Shown piece after piece: positions 48,175 through 58,428 of a stretch of 64,000 bases of DNA; the first letter of the stretch is position 1, and each line of letters opens with the position of its first letter. Location of the stretch: contig CAVUWV010000009.1 in the NCBI GenBank assembly GCA_963745075.1, forward strand, positions 128,001 to 192,000, in the 5' to 3' direction. The translations under genes were made by a program, and so were the position numbers. Under the pieces are notes generated by a model. That model had not been told where the DNA came from and did not search any database. It worked only from the letters and a program-made list of their open reading frames with translations. The stretch comes from Candidatus Hydrogenedentota bacterium. Lineage in GTDB: Bacteria; Hydrogenedentota; Hydrogenedentia; Hydrogenedentales; SLHB01.

Positions 48175-50559
48175 GTGATCTTACGAACCGTGCTTGTGAC
48201 ATTGATGGGGGCAACCGCGCTCGCGAATGCACCGGCCCCGTTGCAGTATTCATTCACGCTGTGGAACTGGGAAAAAGGGTATCGCGACATGGCCTTCTTT
48301 CGAAACCAGGTCGATGCCTGTCGCGCCGCCGGGTTCACACTCATTGAACTTGGGGCCGGGTGGCCGGATTGCGAGCCGGAACCCGGCGTCTTTGATTTCT
48401 CGTTGGTTGATAAACGCGTCGATTATATCCGGGATCGGAACATGGACATCCGGCTCCGCGTCGACGTGAGCCATTGGCCCAAATGGTTCGAGCCGGAAAA
48501 GTTCGAGAATCCGGACGGCTCCGCCTTCCTGCCCAATCGCGGATATCCGAGTGTGTTCAGTGAAGAAAATCGCACGCGTCAAATGCGCTTCGTCGCCGAA
48601 CTAGCGGAGCATTTCGCGGGCCGGGGGTTCACGTATACGCCGGGATTCAGCGTTCACATGGAAGTGAAGTTCGCCGCTTGGAATTCCTATGAGCCATCCG
48701 CCCGCGGCGCATTTCACCAGTGGCTCGCCGGGCGTTACGGCAGTCTGGCGGGGCTGAACGATGCATGGGGAACGGAGTACGCATACGTTACCGAGATCGA
48801 ACCACCGGTTCCGGACGCCACCCACGGTGATCCCGACTTGAATCCCGTAGTCCATGACTGGATTGCATTCCGAGAACAGGCGCTGACGGATTGGGTCCGC
48901 GCATTCGCCGCCACCGTTCGGTCAAACGATCCTTCGGCCCGGATCTCCGTGCCGCTGGGCGAAAGTTATCGGCGTGAGGCTGCGGCTTTCGCAAATCTCG
49001 ATTATTGGGGATACTCCCGGAAGGCGGACGAAATCGTTCACTCCTACGACTTCTTCTGGCACGGACCACAGGGGATTGCCCAGGTGCAGACGGCCGTGGC
49101 GACGATGTCCGGGATTACGCAGCGGCCCGTGATCCTGGAAATAGACGGACCCTACGCCATCGAACACTACGGCTACACGACGGAAGACTACCGGAAGATC
49201 GGTAACCTCGCGTTATCTGCGCGAGCGGCGGGGGTCCAGGTGACCAATTGGGGAAGCGTTAACGTCAGCACGCAACCGTGGATGCGAGAACTCGGAAACG
49301 ATCTCAAGAAGCACACGGGAGGGGCAGAAACGTCAGACGAACCAAAAGTCTTGTACTTCGTTTCAAAGTGGGCGAACTACTGCTTCCGCGAATCGGACGA
49401 ATGGCTGTACGACCGTCAGTTTGGCCTGTTTACTTCGTTACGCGCAGCGGGTATCCCGGCGCGAATTGTCACGGATGAGAACCTGATCTCCGAGAATCTC
49501 AGCGGGGACGTTCTCGTAATCCCGTTTGCGCCGCTGGTCGCCGCGCCCGTACGGGATCGGATCCGGGCGTTGTCCTACGGCATGCGAACGGTGGCGACCG
49601 ATCCCGTGGGCGTCTATACCTGCGTAGCCAAGACCGCCGGACAATTCGGCGCCAAGATCGAACGCCTGGACGGGGGGTGGCCAACCGATCCATCTGGTTT
49701 GAAGGCGATGCTTCTCAATAAGAACGGGGCCAGGAAGCTACGCGTGGCCGCGGTACAATTTCACACCAAGTTCAACGTCACCGCTAACACCGGCCGCATC
49801 ATCGCGTATCTCCACAAAGCCGCGGAGAATCACGTGGATGTCGTTGCGTTCACGGAAATGGCACTGACGGGATATTCCAAGCGCCGGGAGTTCGGTGATA
49901 CCATCGATTGGGTCGAGATTGACGAAGCAATTGAACGAATCAAGACGGCATGTCGTGAGTTGAGCATTTACGCGGTTGTCGGCGCCCCGACCCGGGATCG
50001 GGACGCAATCTTTTGTTCCGCTGTAACCATCGCGCCCACCGGTGAGATCATCGATGCGTATGAGAAGACGTATCTCGCCGGCGAACAGTGGGCGACGCCG
50101 GGCTGCAAGCTCACGGTCTTTCCCATCGAAGGGACCAAGTGCGGATCGTTCATTTGCCACGATGAGCGCTATGCCCACCTCGTCCAACTTCGGGCGCTCG
50201 CGGGCGCGCAGCTATTCTTCTGTATCTCCTGCGAGTCGGGGCCGGGCGATGAGCACAAGATCGAACCGTATCGCGCTCAGATACAGGCCCGTGCCGTCGA
50301 GAATGGCGTGTATATCGTGCACGCCAATGCCCCCGCGCGGTTGGACGATCTTGCGGCGGGTGACGCATCGCACGGGCAAAGCCGTATCGTTGCGCCGGAT
50401 GGAAACCTTCTTGTCGAAGCCAGTGTCGATGGCGAGGAGATGATTGTCGCGGATATCGATCTTCGCTATGCGCGCGACGCGGGGATGCCCGCCGCCCTCA
50501 CGTCCGGGTCCACGGCGGAATGGATGCGGCAAGGGGTGGAGCTGGTTACGGGTCGATAG
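48175..50559 (+). CDS. Secreted fusion of a GH42-like glycoside hydrolase and a carbon-nitrogen hydrolase (nitrilase-fold) domain
   Basis: Signal peptide; WPDCEPEPGVFDF, FHQWLAGRYGSLAGLNDAWGT, DWIAFRE; C-terminal RVAAVQF, FTEM, YEKTYL, ICHD, GQSRIVAPDG. Confidence 0.85.
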   Translation: MILRTVLVTLMGATALANAPAPLQYSFTLWNWEKGYRDMAFFRNQVDACRAAGFTLIELGAGWPDCEPEPGVFDFSLVDKRVDYIRDRNMDIRLRVDVSHWPKWFEPEKFENPDGSAFLPNRGYPSVFSEENRTRQMRFVAELAEHFAGRGFTYTPGFSVHMEVKFAAWNSYEPSARGAFHQWLAGRYGSLAGLNDAWGTEYAYVTEIEPPVPDATHGDPDLNPVVHDWIAFREQALTDWVRAFAATVRSNDPSARISVPLGESYRREAAAFANLDYWGYSRKADEIVHSYDFFWHGPQGIAQVQTAVATMSGITQRPVILEIDGPYAIEHYGYTTEDYRKIGNLALSARAAGVQVTNWGSVNVSTQPWMRELGNDLKKHTGGAETSDEPKVLYFVSKWANYCFRESDEWLYDRQFGLFTSLRAAGIPARIVTDENLISENLSGDVLVIPFAPLVAAPVRDRIRALSYGMRTVATDPVGVYTCVAKTAGQFGAKIERLDGGWPTDPSGLKAMLLNKNGARKLRVAAVQFHTKFNVTANTGRIIAYLHKAAENHVDVVAFTEMALTGYSKRREFGDTIDWVEIDEAIERIKTACRELSIYAVVGAPTRDRDAIFCSAVTIAPTGEIIDAYEKTYLAGEQWATPGCKLTVFPIEGTKCGSFICHDERYAHLVQLRALAGAQLFFCISCESGPGDEHKIEPYRAQIQARAVENGVYIVHANAPARLDDLAAGDASHGQSRIVAPDGNLLVEASVDGEEMIVADIDLRYARDAGMPAALTSGSTAEWMRQGVELVTGR

Positions 50560-53500
50560 TCGCGGGCGTGTTAGTCCACGTAATCGTTGTCGGATGGGTT
50601 TCGACCGCCAGTGGCTCGCCGTTAAGCGCGTATGCGTCGGCAGTCCGCAACACGATGGGGGTTTGCGGATCGAAGCCGATGGGTTGCCGGGTGCGCCAGC
50701 GAAGTGTCGCTAACTCACCGTCATACGGCCGGCGGTTTGGCGCTGTGATTTCGAATGTGATGCCCCAGCTCGTAGTTTCCCGCTGCAATACGCGGCGGCC
50801 TGCGATCAACGCGTCGGCGCCGGGCCGGAGATCGCTCCAATCCAATTCACCGGGCGGCTCCGTGTCGATCCGTACGACGATCCGTCCTACAGCGACGTTC
50901 GTGTCCGAAACAAGTGCCAGCCGAAACGTGCCTTCGTACTGAACATCGCTTGCTGCGGTCGCCTCCAGAACGAGCCGAACGGTGGACCGCGGCCCGTAAA
51001 CAAAACCTTTGGGAACCGTGACCGACACCCCGGCCGCCGGAAATTCGGCGCGCAAATCCACCGCTCCTTCTGCGTCCAAGGCGTTTGGCGGGGACTCGGC
51101 GACGAGCGTGTTCGGGTCCAGGAATCGGACGTGCGGAGACGGGATCTCGCCGAACCACACGTGCGCATCCGGCGTGAAGTTCGCTCCGGTAATGGTCACT
51201 ACGGCGCCCCCTTCCGCCGGACCTTGCCGTGGATCGATTGAAACGACGCGCGGCGCTTCGCGCGCGGGCAGCGGCGTCAGGTCGGCGCCGTCGAAGGTCC
51301 CATCGCTGTCGGTGTCCGGATTGAGCGGATCGGTTTCGCCATCGTTCACCGCGCCGTTGTGGTTCCGGTCTTCGTCCCCGTCCGGAACGCCGTCGCCGTC
51401 GGTGTCGGGGTTCATGCGGTCAGTTTCTCCCGGTCCGACCACGCCGTCTCCATTTTTGTCCTCCACGTTGTCCGGCAACCCGTCGGCATCGAGGTCCTGA
51501 ACGCCCTCGCCGGCATTTCCAAGCCATTGAAACAACGCGGACACAAAGCGCCGGTTCTCCGTATCGGCGAGTTTAGCCGACTCCAACGGAGTGCGCGACG
51601 TGATCGCTGCGGTACGCCCGGATCCAAATGTGCGGATCGCAAGACCCGCGTCGCCCCGGTCAGTATTAGCAACCAGGATCTGCCAGGAGTTGTCGAGCGT
51701 GATTCCGGCAGCGCCGTCTGCGAACCATGCCGGACAGTGACGGGTCAAAGGCGTTTGTACGATCGGCTCGAATGTTCCGGATGTGCTCGCAACGGAGTCG
51801 ATCGTGATCCCCATGGGTAACAACCATCGAGCGGCCATTGCCAAATCGGTTTCTTCCAACGGCTCGGCCAGATATAACAGTGCGCCGCCACTCGACACGT
51901 AATCGAGTACCGCCTGACGCGTCACCATTCCCGACGCAATGGCGTTGCAATCGAGTACGACCACGGAATACGCGGAAAGCGATTGCAATATGGGCGACAA
52001 CGCTAGATCGTGACTGAAATGAAATGGCGCGGCGGCCAGCAGATCCACCACTGCCTTCAGATTGAACGGGTCCTGCGCGCTGCGAAGGCGTGCCGACTCG
52101 CCATCGTGTGGCAATGCCCACAAGATTCGCCGGATCGCCGGGCGTGACGGCGCTACGCGTACGGCGATTCGATACGGACTACCGGCGTATGGGGTCCGGC
52201 CCGCCACGGATTCAGCCCGAAGATTCAACCAGCCGGTCTGCGTCGTGCCCGGCTCGTACTGTCTGCGATCGACGCCCATGAGGAACCACCCGGGAACCGT
52301 CCCCGTCTGAGGATAGGCGTTAAGCCAGGGGACTTGCGTTTGGTTCCAGTCCAAGCGCCACAAACCGGGTTCCGCGAATGGCACTTTAATCTGAATGGCG
52401 TGCAGTTCCCGTCCCGCGGCTTCTCCCCGGAATCGCATCACCCGGGGAGGCGACAGGCGAGGTTTGGATTTCAGACCTGGGTTGGTGGCGCGGTCGCCGT
52501 CATTTTCCCCGGGCATTGTCGCACGCGAGGCACTACCGCCCACGGGGATGATTCGGCTCACGATTCCGGTCTGAAACGAAGCCACAACGTCGTCCGCCGC
52601 CTCATTGCCGGGCTGAATCTGATGAATACGATTCGCTTCCCCGACGAGTATGCGATCGCCGAGCCACGCTACTGCATTCACGGAAGTTTCGAAGGGGTGA
52701 GCGTTTCCGCCAGGCTTTCCGTCTCTCCAGACTTCGACGCGGTCGTTGACGCCCAGCGCAACGTCTGCCCCCCGTGCTGCGGGCGCCACGCGTAGCGCTT
52801 GTGCGACCCCGGAAAACGAATACTCTGCCACCTTGGCGAGACCCGAATTGCGGTCCAGTGACACCTGCGTGACAAATGCAAATCCGCTCTGGGGTTCGCG
52901 TGTCGCAATCCAGAAGGTCCCGTCCGATGCCGCGTGGATGGGTGAGGAATCTTCCCGTGGGACGCCGCGCACCTCGAGGGGATCCCCCACAGCTTCCAGG
53001 GCATCCACCGAAATGGCGCGCAACCAGGACGCGTCCCGGGCGGACTGCACATCCGACCCGGGGCCGGTTGCCAGGGCAAGCAGAAACGTCCCTCGTCGAT
53101 TGCATGCCACGGTGAGCGGAGTCAATCCCGGCGAATCTTCAAAGAGCGATTTCCGTTCCACTACGACTTCACCGCGTTCGATGTCGCGAACGTGCAGAAC
53201 CGTACCATACCGGTTGTTCTTGCACAGTACCGCGACTCGCGAAGTTTCCGGCAGCGACACTGCGTCGGCCGGCACGCCGGGCAACAACCACGAGGCCGGT
53301 TTCGCAGCGAGGGAAAGAGGTCCATCGGCGGACACGTTACGCGCGGTGATTCGACCTTCGCCGGCCTTTGTTTCGTCCAACGGCGTAACCAGCGTTACAA
53401 GCGACGATTCGGAAGTTACGCTGCTGGTGGTGATGCACGCCGCAATCTCCCGCCACCCGGGGTCCGAAATGGTCCACCCATCCGACGCGAGGACGTTGGA

Positions 53501-53869
53501 AGGCACCGTCAGCATGCAGATGAATGTTTCGCCGGCGTTCGATCCAAGAAACGGCTGCGCGCGTGAAGTGATGGCGATCCGCTTGCGTGAGTCGTCGAGG
53601 ACCGCGTGGGCGTCGAACGCGGTTCCCGGCAGCACGACGGGCGCGGCGGTAGGCTGGCCGTCTCCGACGCCTATGACCTGTGTGTAGACACGCACACTTT
53701 CCCGGATGGCGGTCAGCGTAGTCGTTTCGACCAATGCGTAAGATGAAGGTTCCGCAACGCTGCCGGGCACTTCATCCGCATGCAGCGAAGCGGCGATGAC
53801 AAGTATGAACGCGCAGTGCAATAGCCGGGAGTAGTGCCAGGGTCGATATGCTTGGGAATGGTCCACCAT
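50546..53869 (-). CDS. Large secreted multidomain protein (beta-rich N-terminus, GATase-like domain, DxDxDG Ca repeats, IPT/TIG, cohesin-like)
   Basis: Signal peptide; DYVSSGGALL; DLDADGLPD/DTDGDGVPD/DTDSDG; PRVVSIDPRQGPAEGGAVVTITGANF. Confidence 0.8.
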   Translation of the reverse strand: MVDHSQAYRPWHYSRLLHCAFILVIAASLHADEVPGSVAEPSSYALVETTTLTAIRESVRVYTQVIGVGDGQPTAAPVVLPGTAFDAHAVLDDSRKRIAITSRAQPFLGSNAGETFICMLTVPSNVLASDGWTISDPGWREIAACITTSSVTSESSLVTLVTPLDETKAGEGRITARNVSADGPLSLAAKPASWLLPGVPADAVSLPETSRVAVLCKNNRYGTVLHVRDIERGEVVVERKSLFEDSPGLTPLTVACNRRGTFLLALATGPGSDVQSARDASWLRAISVDALEAVGDPLEVRGVPREDSSPIHAASDGTFWIATREPQSGFAFVTQVSLDRNSGLAKVAEYSFSGVAQALRVAPAARGADVALGVNDRVEVWRDGKPGGNAHPFETSVNAVAWLGDRILVGEANRIHQIQPGNEAADDVVASFQTGIVSRIIPVGGSASRATMPGENDGDRATNPGLKSKPRLSPPRVMRFRGEAAGRELHAIQIKVPFAEPGLWRLDWNQTQVPWLNAYPQTGTVPGWFLMGVDRRQYEPGTTQTGWLNLRAESVAGRTPYAGSPYRIAVRVAPSRPAIRRILWALPHDGESARLRSAQDPFNLKAVVDLLAAAPFHFSHDLALSPILQSLSAYSVVVLDCNAIASGMVTRQAVLDYVSSGGALLYLAEPLEETDLAMAARWLLPMGITIDSVASTSGTFEPIVQTPLTRHCPAWFADGAAGITLDNSWQILVANTDRGDAGLAIRTFGSGRTAAITSRTPLESAKLADTENRRFVSALFQWLGNAGEGVQDLDADGLPDNVEDKNGDGVVGPGETDRMNPDTDGDGVPDGDEDRNHNGAVNDGETDPLNPDTDSDGTFDGADLTPLPAREAPRVVSIDPRQGPAEGGAVVTITGANFTPDAHVWFGEIPSPHVRFLDPNTLVAESPPNALDAEGAVDLRAEFPAAGVSVTVPKGFVYGPRSTVRLVLEATAASDVQYEGTFRLALVSDTNVAVGRIVVRIDTEPPGELDWSDLRPGADALIAGRRVLQRETTSWGITFEITAPNRRPYDGELATLRWRTRQPIGFDPQTPIVLRTADAYALNGEPLAVETHPTTITWTNTPATIDP

Positions 53870-53927
53870 ATGTCCCGTATCATAGACTAGAACAATTTGA
53901 GTTTTCTCGTAGCCGCCGTTGACCTCA

Positions 53928-54050
53928 CGTACTCGTACTCGGATCGTCGAGCGGGGAGTGCGGCGGTTTGGCTAACCCAACGCGTCGTTCCTCCACCGTG
54001 CCAAGACGTTGCATCTCGTCGAGTGCGAGACCGAGTACGAAGTACGAGTA
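53928..54050. repeat. Inverted GAGTAC-hexamer repeat element
   Basis: CGTACTCGTACTCGG (53928-53942) ... CCGAGTACGAAGTACGAGTA (54031-54050). Confidence 0.65.
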
Positions 54051-54214
54051 TACGGACACGGAAGAAGTTGGAATGCTCCTAGTCCACGTTTCGTTCCGCA
54101 ACCCGCGTTTCTCAGCCTGCGATGGCTCGTCATGGACGTGATGAAAACCGCTACTGGGAAGTGTCAGGCAGGATTGGCGCGACGATGGCAGTTGGAAACG
54201 TCGTGTCGCGCAGG

Positions 54215-54835
54215 CTATTCGCAGCCGACCCAGGTGGAAGGCCGTTCCTGGCGCGGCCGGCTCGGAATGGACACGCGCCGCCGAATGGCATTCACCAAGG
54301 CGTGCGCTTCGTCTTCAAACAGCCCGATTCCGAAATACTGCGGTTCGCCATGGTAGTCGAACGCCACGCAACAACCTCCGCCGCCCCGCCAATTGATCAT
54401 CGTGAGGTGCGTTTGGGGCGTTGGCGGAATCAATTCCACCCGCAAGTCGCGAACGAAAAGGAGGTCGTAGGCGCGGGTATGACCGATTCCCAGAATATCC
54501 CTTCTGACCGACAGGGTCTTGTCGTCCGCCGCGATGGTCTCTCCGCCGGCGACCATCCAGAGCCACCAGTACAGAATACACAGGCACCCGACCGTCATGC
54601 CGACGACCGTCGCCACCGCCGGAATTCCGGAAGTCGCCATGGCCTCGTACCGAACAAACCGATCGATTCCGTACAGGACGGCCATCCCACATGCCGCGAG
54701 AAAGAACATCGCGGGCGTCGAAACCAGCCAGGTGCTTTTCACCGGTATCGAAATCCGGTACCCTTCCGGCTTGTTGAAGACGTAGAAGGGGGGCGTCGCC
54801 CGCGCGAACGATTCCAAGTGCGTCGCGAATGTCAT
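54215..54835 (-). CDS. Hypothetical 2-TM membrane protein
   Basis: Two TM segments, then a PH-like soluble part (FDYHGEPQYFGIGL..EA); GAGGAAGG SD. Confidence 0.65.
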   Translation of the reverse strand: MTFATHLESFARATPPFYVFNKPEGYRISIPVKSTWLVSTPAMFFLAACGMAVLYGIDRFVRYEAMATSGIPAVATVVGMTVGCLCILYWWLWMVAGGETIAADDKTLSVRRDILGIGHTRAYDLLFVRDLRVELIPPTPQTHLTMINWRGGGGCCVAFDYHGEPQYFGIGLFEDEAHALVNAIRRRVSIPSRPRQERPSTWVGCE

Positions 54836-54977
54836 TGCAAACCTTCCTCGCAGCGTGGCGAACCGGAGATTCATCCCGGTGACACGCCGGAACGATTGCC
54901 TCCGCTGTTCTCTTTTGTACCATATTTCCGAGAATCTGGCATCCGAAAGTTGTGGGAATTTGCGGAAGAGCGGCGGC

Positions 54978-55979
54978 TTACGCGTGTCCTTTGAGCTGGT
55001 CGAGAAGAACGGCGGCCAGGATCACGATCCCCAGAATGACCTGTTGCCCGAAGCTTTCCATGCCGATCCACGTGAGCCCGGTGGCCAGCACGGCAATGAT
55101 CAGCAGTCCGATGAATGTGCCCGTGATCGTTCCCCGCCCGCCCGTCAGGCTGGTACCTCCGACGACGACCGCGGCGATCACTTGCAGCTCATCGCCCACA
55201 CCTACCGTGGGATCGCCGGATCGCAGTTTGGACGACAGGATGAGCCCGCCGGCCATCGATAACACCGCAGACATGCAGTAAACGGCTAACTTCACGCGGT
55301 TGACGGGAACGCCGGTCAGCCGTGCGGATTCCTCACCACCGCCGATGGCGCGGACTTCCCGGCCGAAACGGGTGGTGTTCAGCAGGATTCCTCCGGTGAT
55401 AAAGACGACGAGCATGACGATCACACCGACGGGCACGTGCCCTCCGATCATGTAACGACCGAGAAAGGTGTAGTTCGACGGCAGATCGCTCACCGGCGAC
55501 CCCTTAACGAGGAGGTACCCCGCGCCCCGCATCGAACTCATCACGGCGAGCGTCGCAATAAACGGAGGGATTGCAAAGCGCGTGATGAACAAACCCGATG
55601 CGCAGCCCGTCGCCAAACCCGCGGCGATCGCAACGGACCAACCCGCGATCAGGGCCCACGCGCTGTCGCCGCCCACGGCACGGGTGGTCAACGCGCCCAC
55701 GACACCGCCGAAGGCGATCAGGGATCCCACTGACAAATCGATCCCGCCGGTAAGAATGACAAAGGTCATGCCGACGGACACGACGCCGTAGATGGCGGAT
55801 TGGTTGAGAATCGAGATGAGGTTGTCTACGGACAGGAAGGGGGGCATCTGCTGGTACCGCGAGATGCCTTCGAACGCGGCGCACTCGAGAGCCAACGCAA
55901 CAAGTAAGAATCCGTAGACCCGCAGGAACGCGATCGTGTTGCTCCGCCGGGTATCCGCGTCACCAGCCGGTTTCGCCAT
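54978..55979 (-). CDS. Sugar ABC transporter permease (RbsC-like)
   Basis: GMTFVILTGGIDLSVGS, IPPFIATL, ELQVIAAVVVGGTSLTGG. Confidence 0.93.
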   Translation of the reverse strand: MAKPAGDADTRRSNTIAFLRVYGFLLVALALECAAFEGISRYQQMPPFLSVDNLISILNQSAIYGVVSVGMTFVILTGGIDLSVGSLIAFGGVVGALTTRAVGGDSAWALIAGWSVAIAAGLATGCASGLFITRFAIPPFIATLAVMSSMRGAGYLLVKGSPVSDLPSNYTFLGRYMIGGHVPVGVIVMLVVFITGGILLNTTRFGREVRAIGGGEESARLTGVPVNRVKLAVYCMSAVLSMAGGLILSSKLRSGDPTVGVGDELQVIAAVVVGGTSLTGGRGTITGTFIGLLIIAVLATGLTWIGMESFGQQVILGIVILAAVLLDQLKGHA

Positions 55980-57487
55980 CAGGCCAAGCTGGCCATGGAC
56001 TGGCCCGTCGCCAACTGCATGATACGCTCCTGCGTCGCTTCCGCACGGGCGAGTTTTCCTGCGAGATGGCCTTCATGCATGACAAGAACCTGATCGCACA
56101 TCCCCAACACTTCCGGCAACTCGCTGGAGATCATCAGGATGCTGACCCCCTCGCGAACCAAATCGTTCATCAACCGGTAGATCTCGACTTTCGCCCCCAC
56201 GTCGATGCCGCGGGTCGGCTCGTCGAAAATGAGCACCTTGGATTGCGTAAACAGCCACTTCGCCAAGACCACCTTCTGCTGGTTTCCGCCGCTGAGGTTT
56301 TGCGCGGTTTGTTCGATGCTCGGCGTCTTAATCTGAAGTTCACGGACATAGCTGCTGGTTACTTCGCGCTCCTTGCCCCGGTCCACGAAAATAAACCGCA
56401 CAAGCGACGCCAAGTTAGCCAGCGTGGTGTTTTCTCGAATCGTCATGCCCAGGATCAAGCCCTGGTTCTTGCGATCTTCGGTGAGCAACCCGATACCCTG
56501 TCGAATCGCGTCCTGCGGCGACCGCACGGTGATCGGCGCGCCATCAAGTACGATTTGGCCGTCGTCAATCGCGTCGGCCCCGAAGATGGCCCGGGCCACC
56601 TCGGTGCGGCCCGCGCCGACGAGGCCCGTGAGACCGACGATCTCACCCTGGTGCAACGAGAAACTCACGTCTTCAAACGCGCCCTTCCGCGTCAACCCTT
56701 CCACGCGCAAGCGCTCGTCGCCGCGATCGAACGTTTCCTTGGGGAATTCGTGGGTCAGTTCGCGGCCGACCATCATCTTGATGATGTCTTCGCGGTTCAC
56801 TTCGGATACGGGGTTCGTCGCAATGTACTCGCCGTCGCGCATCACGGTCACGCGATCGCCAATCGCGAAGATCTCCTCCAGCCGATGGGAGATGTAGATC
56901 ATGCCGATGCCCTGATCCTTCAGTTCGTGGATAAGCGTGAACAGCGCGTCCAATTCGTGATCGGTCAAGGTGGCCGAGGGCTCGTCCATCACGATGATCT
57001 TCGAGTTGAAGGACAAGGCCTTTGCGATCTCGACCATCTGTTGCTGGGCCACGCTGCATTCGTTCACGGGCTTGCGAACGTCCAATTTCACCCGGATGCG
57101 ATCGAGGATGTCGCGTGCATCCTGGTACATCTTCGACCAGTGAATGAATGGGGTTCTTCCGATGCGCGGCTCGCGCCCGAGAAATATGTTTTCCGCCACG
57201 CTCAGGTAGGGACTGAGATTGAATTCCTGATAGATCATGCTGATGCCCAACTGCTGGGCGTGATGGGGATTGTGAATGCTGACCGGTTCGCCCGACAAAC
57301 GAATCTCGCCGGCGTCCAAGGGTTGCGCGCCGGACAGTATCTTCATCAACGTCGACTTTCCGGCCCCGTTCTCGCCGACGAGGCAATGGACTTCGCCGGG
57401 ACGGAGATTTAGTTGCCCGTTCTTCACGGCGATTACACCGGGAAACCGCTTCATGATGTCGGTCATTTCGAGTACGAATTCACTCAT
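55979..57487 (-). CDS. Sugar ABC transporter ATP-binding protein (RbsA-like, two NBDs)
   Basis: GENGAGKST, MDEPS, LSGGNQQK, DEPTRGIDVGAK. Confidence 0.95.
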   Translation of the reverse strand: MSEFVLEMTDIMKRFPGVIAVKNGQLNLRPGEVHCLVGENGAGKSTLMKILSGAQPLDAGEIRLSGEPVSIHNPHHAQQLGISMIYQEFNLSPYLSVAENIFLGREPRIGRTPFIHWSKMYQDARDILDRIRVKLDVRKPVNECSVAQQQMVEIAKALSFNSKIIVMDEPSATLTDHELDALFTLIHELKDQGIGMIYISHRLEEIFAIGDRVTVMRDGEYIATNPVSEVNREDIIKMMVGRELTHEFPKETFDRGDERLRVEGLTRKGAFEDVSFSLHQGEIVGLTGLVGAGRTEVARAIFGADAIDDGQIVLDGAPITVRSPQDAIRQGIGLLTEDRKNQGLILGMTIRENTTLANLASLVRFIFVDRGKEREVTSSYVRELQIKTPSIEQTAQNLSGGNQQKVVLAKWLFTQSKVLIFDEPTRGIDVGAKVEIYRLMNDLVREGVSILMISSELPEVLGMCDQVLVMHEGHLAGKLARAEATQERIMQLATGQSMASLA

Positions 57488-58428
57488 CCGTTCTGCTCCG
57501 CCATGAGGGTGTCCCGGTCGATCACGTCGACCTCGACGGGAACGACCTTGGATACTTCTTCACCCGCAAAGTACGATGCGATCGTCTGAATCGTCTTTTT
57601 ACCGATCTCTGTGGGATGCTGCACCGTGTCGGCTTTCAATGCCTTTCCGGCCAGGATCGCGTCCCGGGCTTCGGGCGTCCCATCATACCCGACGATGACG
57701 ATCTTGTCTTCCAGCCCAGCGGATTCGAGCGCGGCCAAGGCCCCTAAGGCCGAGTCGTCATTGATTCCGAAAATCGCATCCAGATCGGGATTGGCCTGCA
57801 GAACGTCTTGCGCCGCGCGCATCGCCTTATCCCGCACACCGCCGCCCGGCGCCCGTTGGACGATGGTCATCTCCGGAAAGTTCGAAAGCGCTTGTTCAAA
57901 GCCTGCCACGCGTTCCTGCACGGACGCCGTCTCCGGCTGATCGATAATCGCGATCTTGCCCTTACCGTCCAGCAGTTTCGCCAGGTATTCGCCGATCAGG
58001 CGTCCGCCCAGAACGTTGTCCGAAGCGATATGCGAAACGACATCCACGCCGTGCGCGGCGATGTCGACCGTAAACACCGGAATCCCCGCGGCCTTCACGT
58101 CCTCGATGGCGGGGGCGATCCCCGCGGAGTCTTTCGGGGAGACGATCACGGCGTCGAGACCTTGCCGGACGAACGTTTCGAGTTGGTTGAGCTGCCTTTG
58201 TCCGTCGAATTCAGCGTATTGAATGCGGAGGACAATATTGTCTTTGGCGGCTTCCGCTTCCATGGCCTGGACCAGATCGCGGTAGAATTGGTGTCGTTGC
58301 GTCAAGAGCGAGGCGCCGACGATCTTCTTCTGCGCCCTCGACGTGGTCCCATCGGGGGTTGCGGTATTGTTCGGTCCGCACCCCGCACCTGCCAGCAGGA
58401 TTGCCAACAACAGCCCGATTTTTTTCAT
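57484..58428 (-). CDS. Sugar ABC transporter substrate-binding lipoprotein (RbsB-like)
   Basis: Lipobox GAGC; IASDNVLGG, RVAGF, NDDSALGA, VGYDG. Confidence 0.93.
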   Translation of the reverse strand: MKKIGLLLAILLAGAGCGPNNTATPDGTTSRAQKKIVGASLLTQRHQFYRDLVQAMEAEAAKDNIVLRIQYAEFDGQRQLNQLETFVRQGLDAVIVSPKDSAGIAPAIEDVKAAGIPVFTVDIAAHGVDVVSHIASDNVLGGRLIGEYLAKLLDGKGKIAIIDQPETASVQERVAGFEQALSNFPEMTIVQRAPGGGVRDKAMRAAQDVLQANPDLDAIFGINDDSALGALAALESAGLEDKIVIVGYDGTPEARDAILAGKALKADTVQHPTEIGKKTIQTIASYFAGEEVSKVVPVEVDVIDRDTLMAEQNG

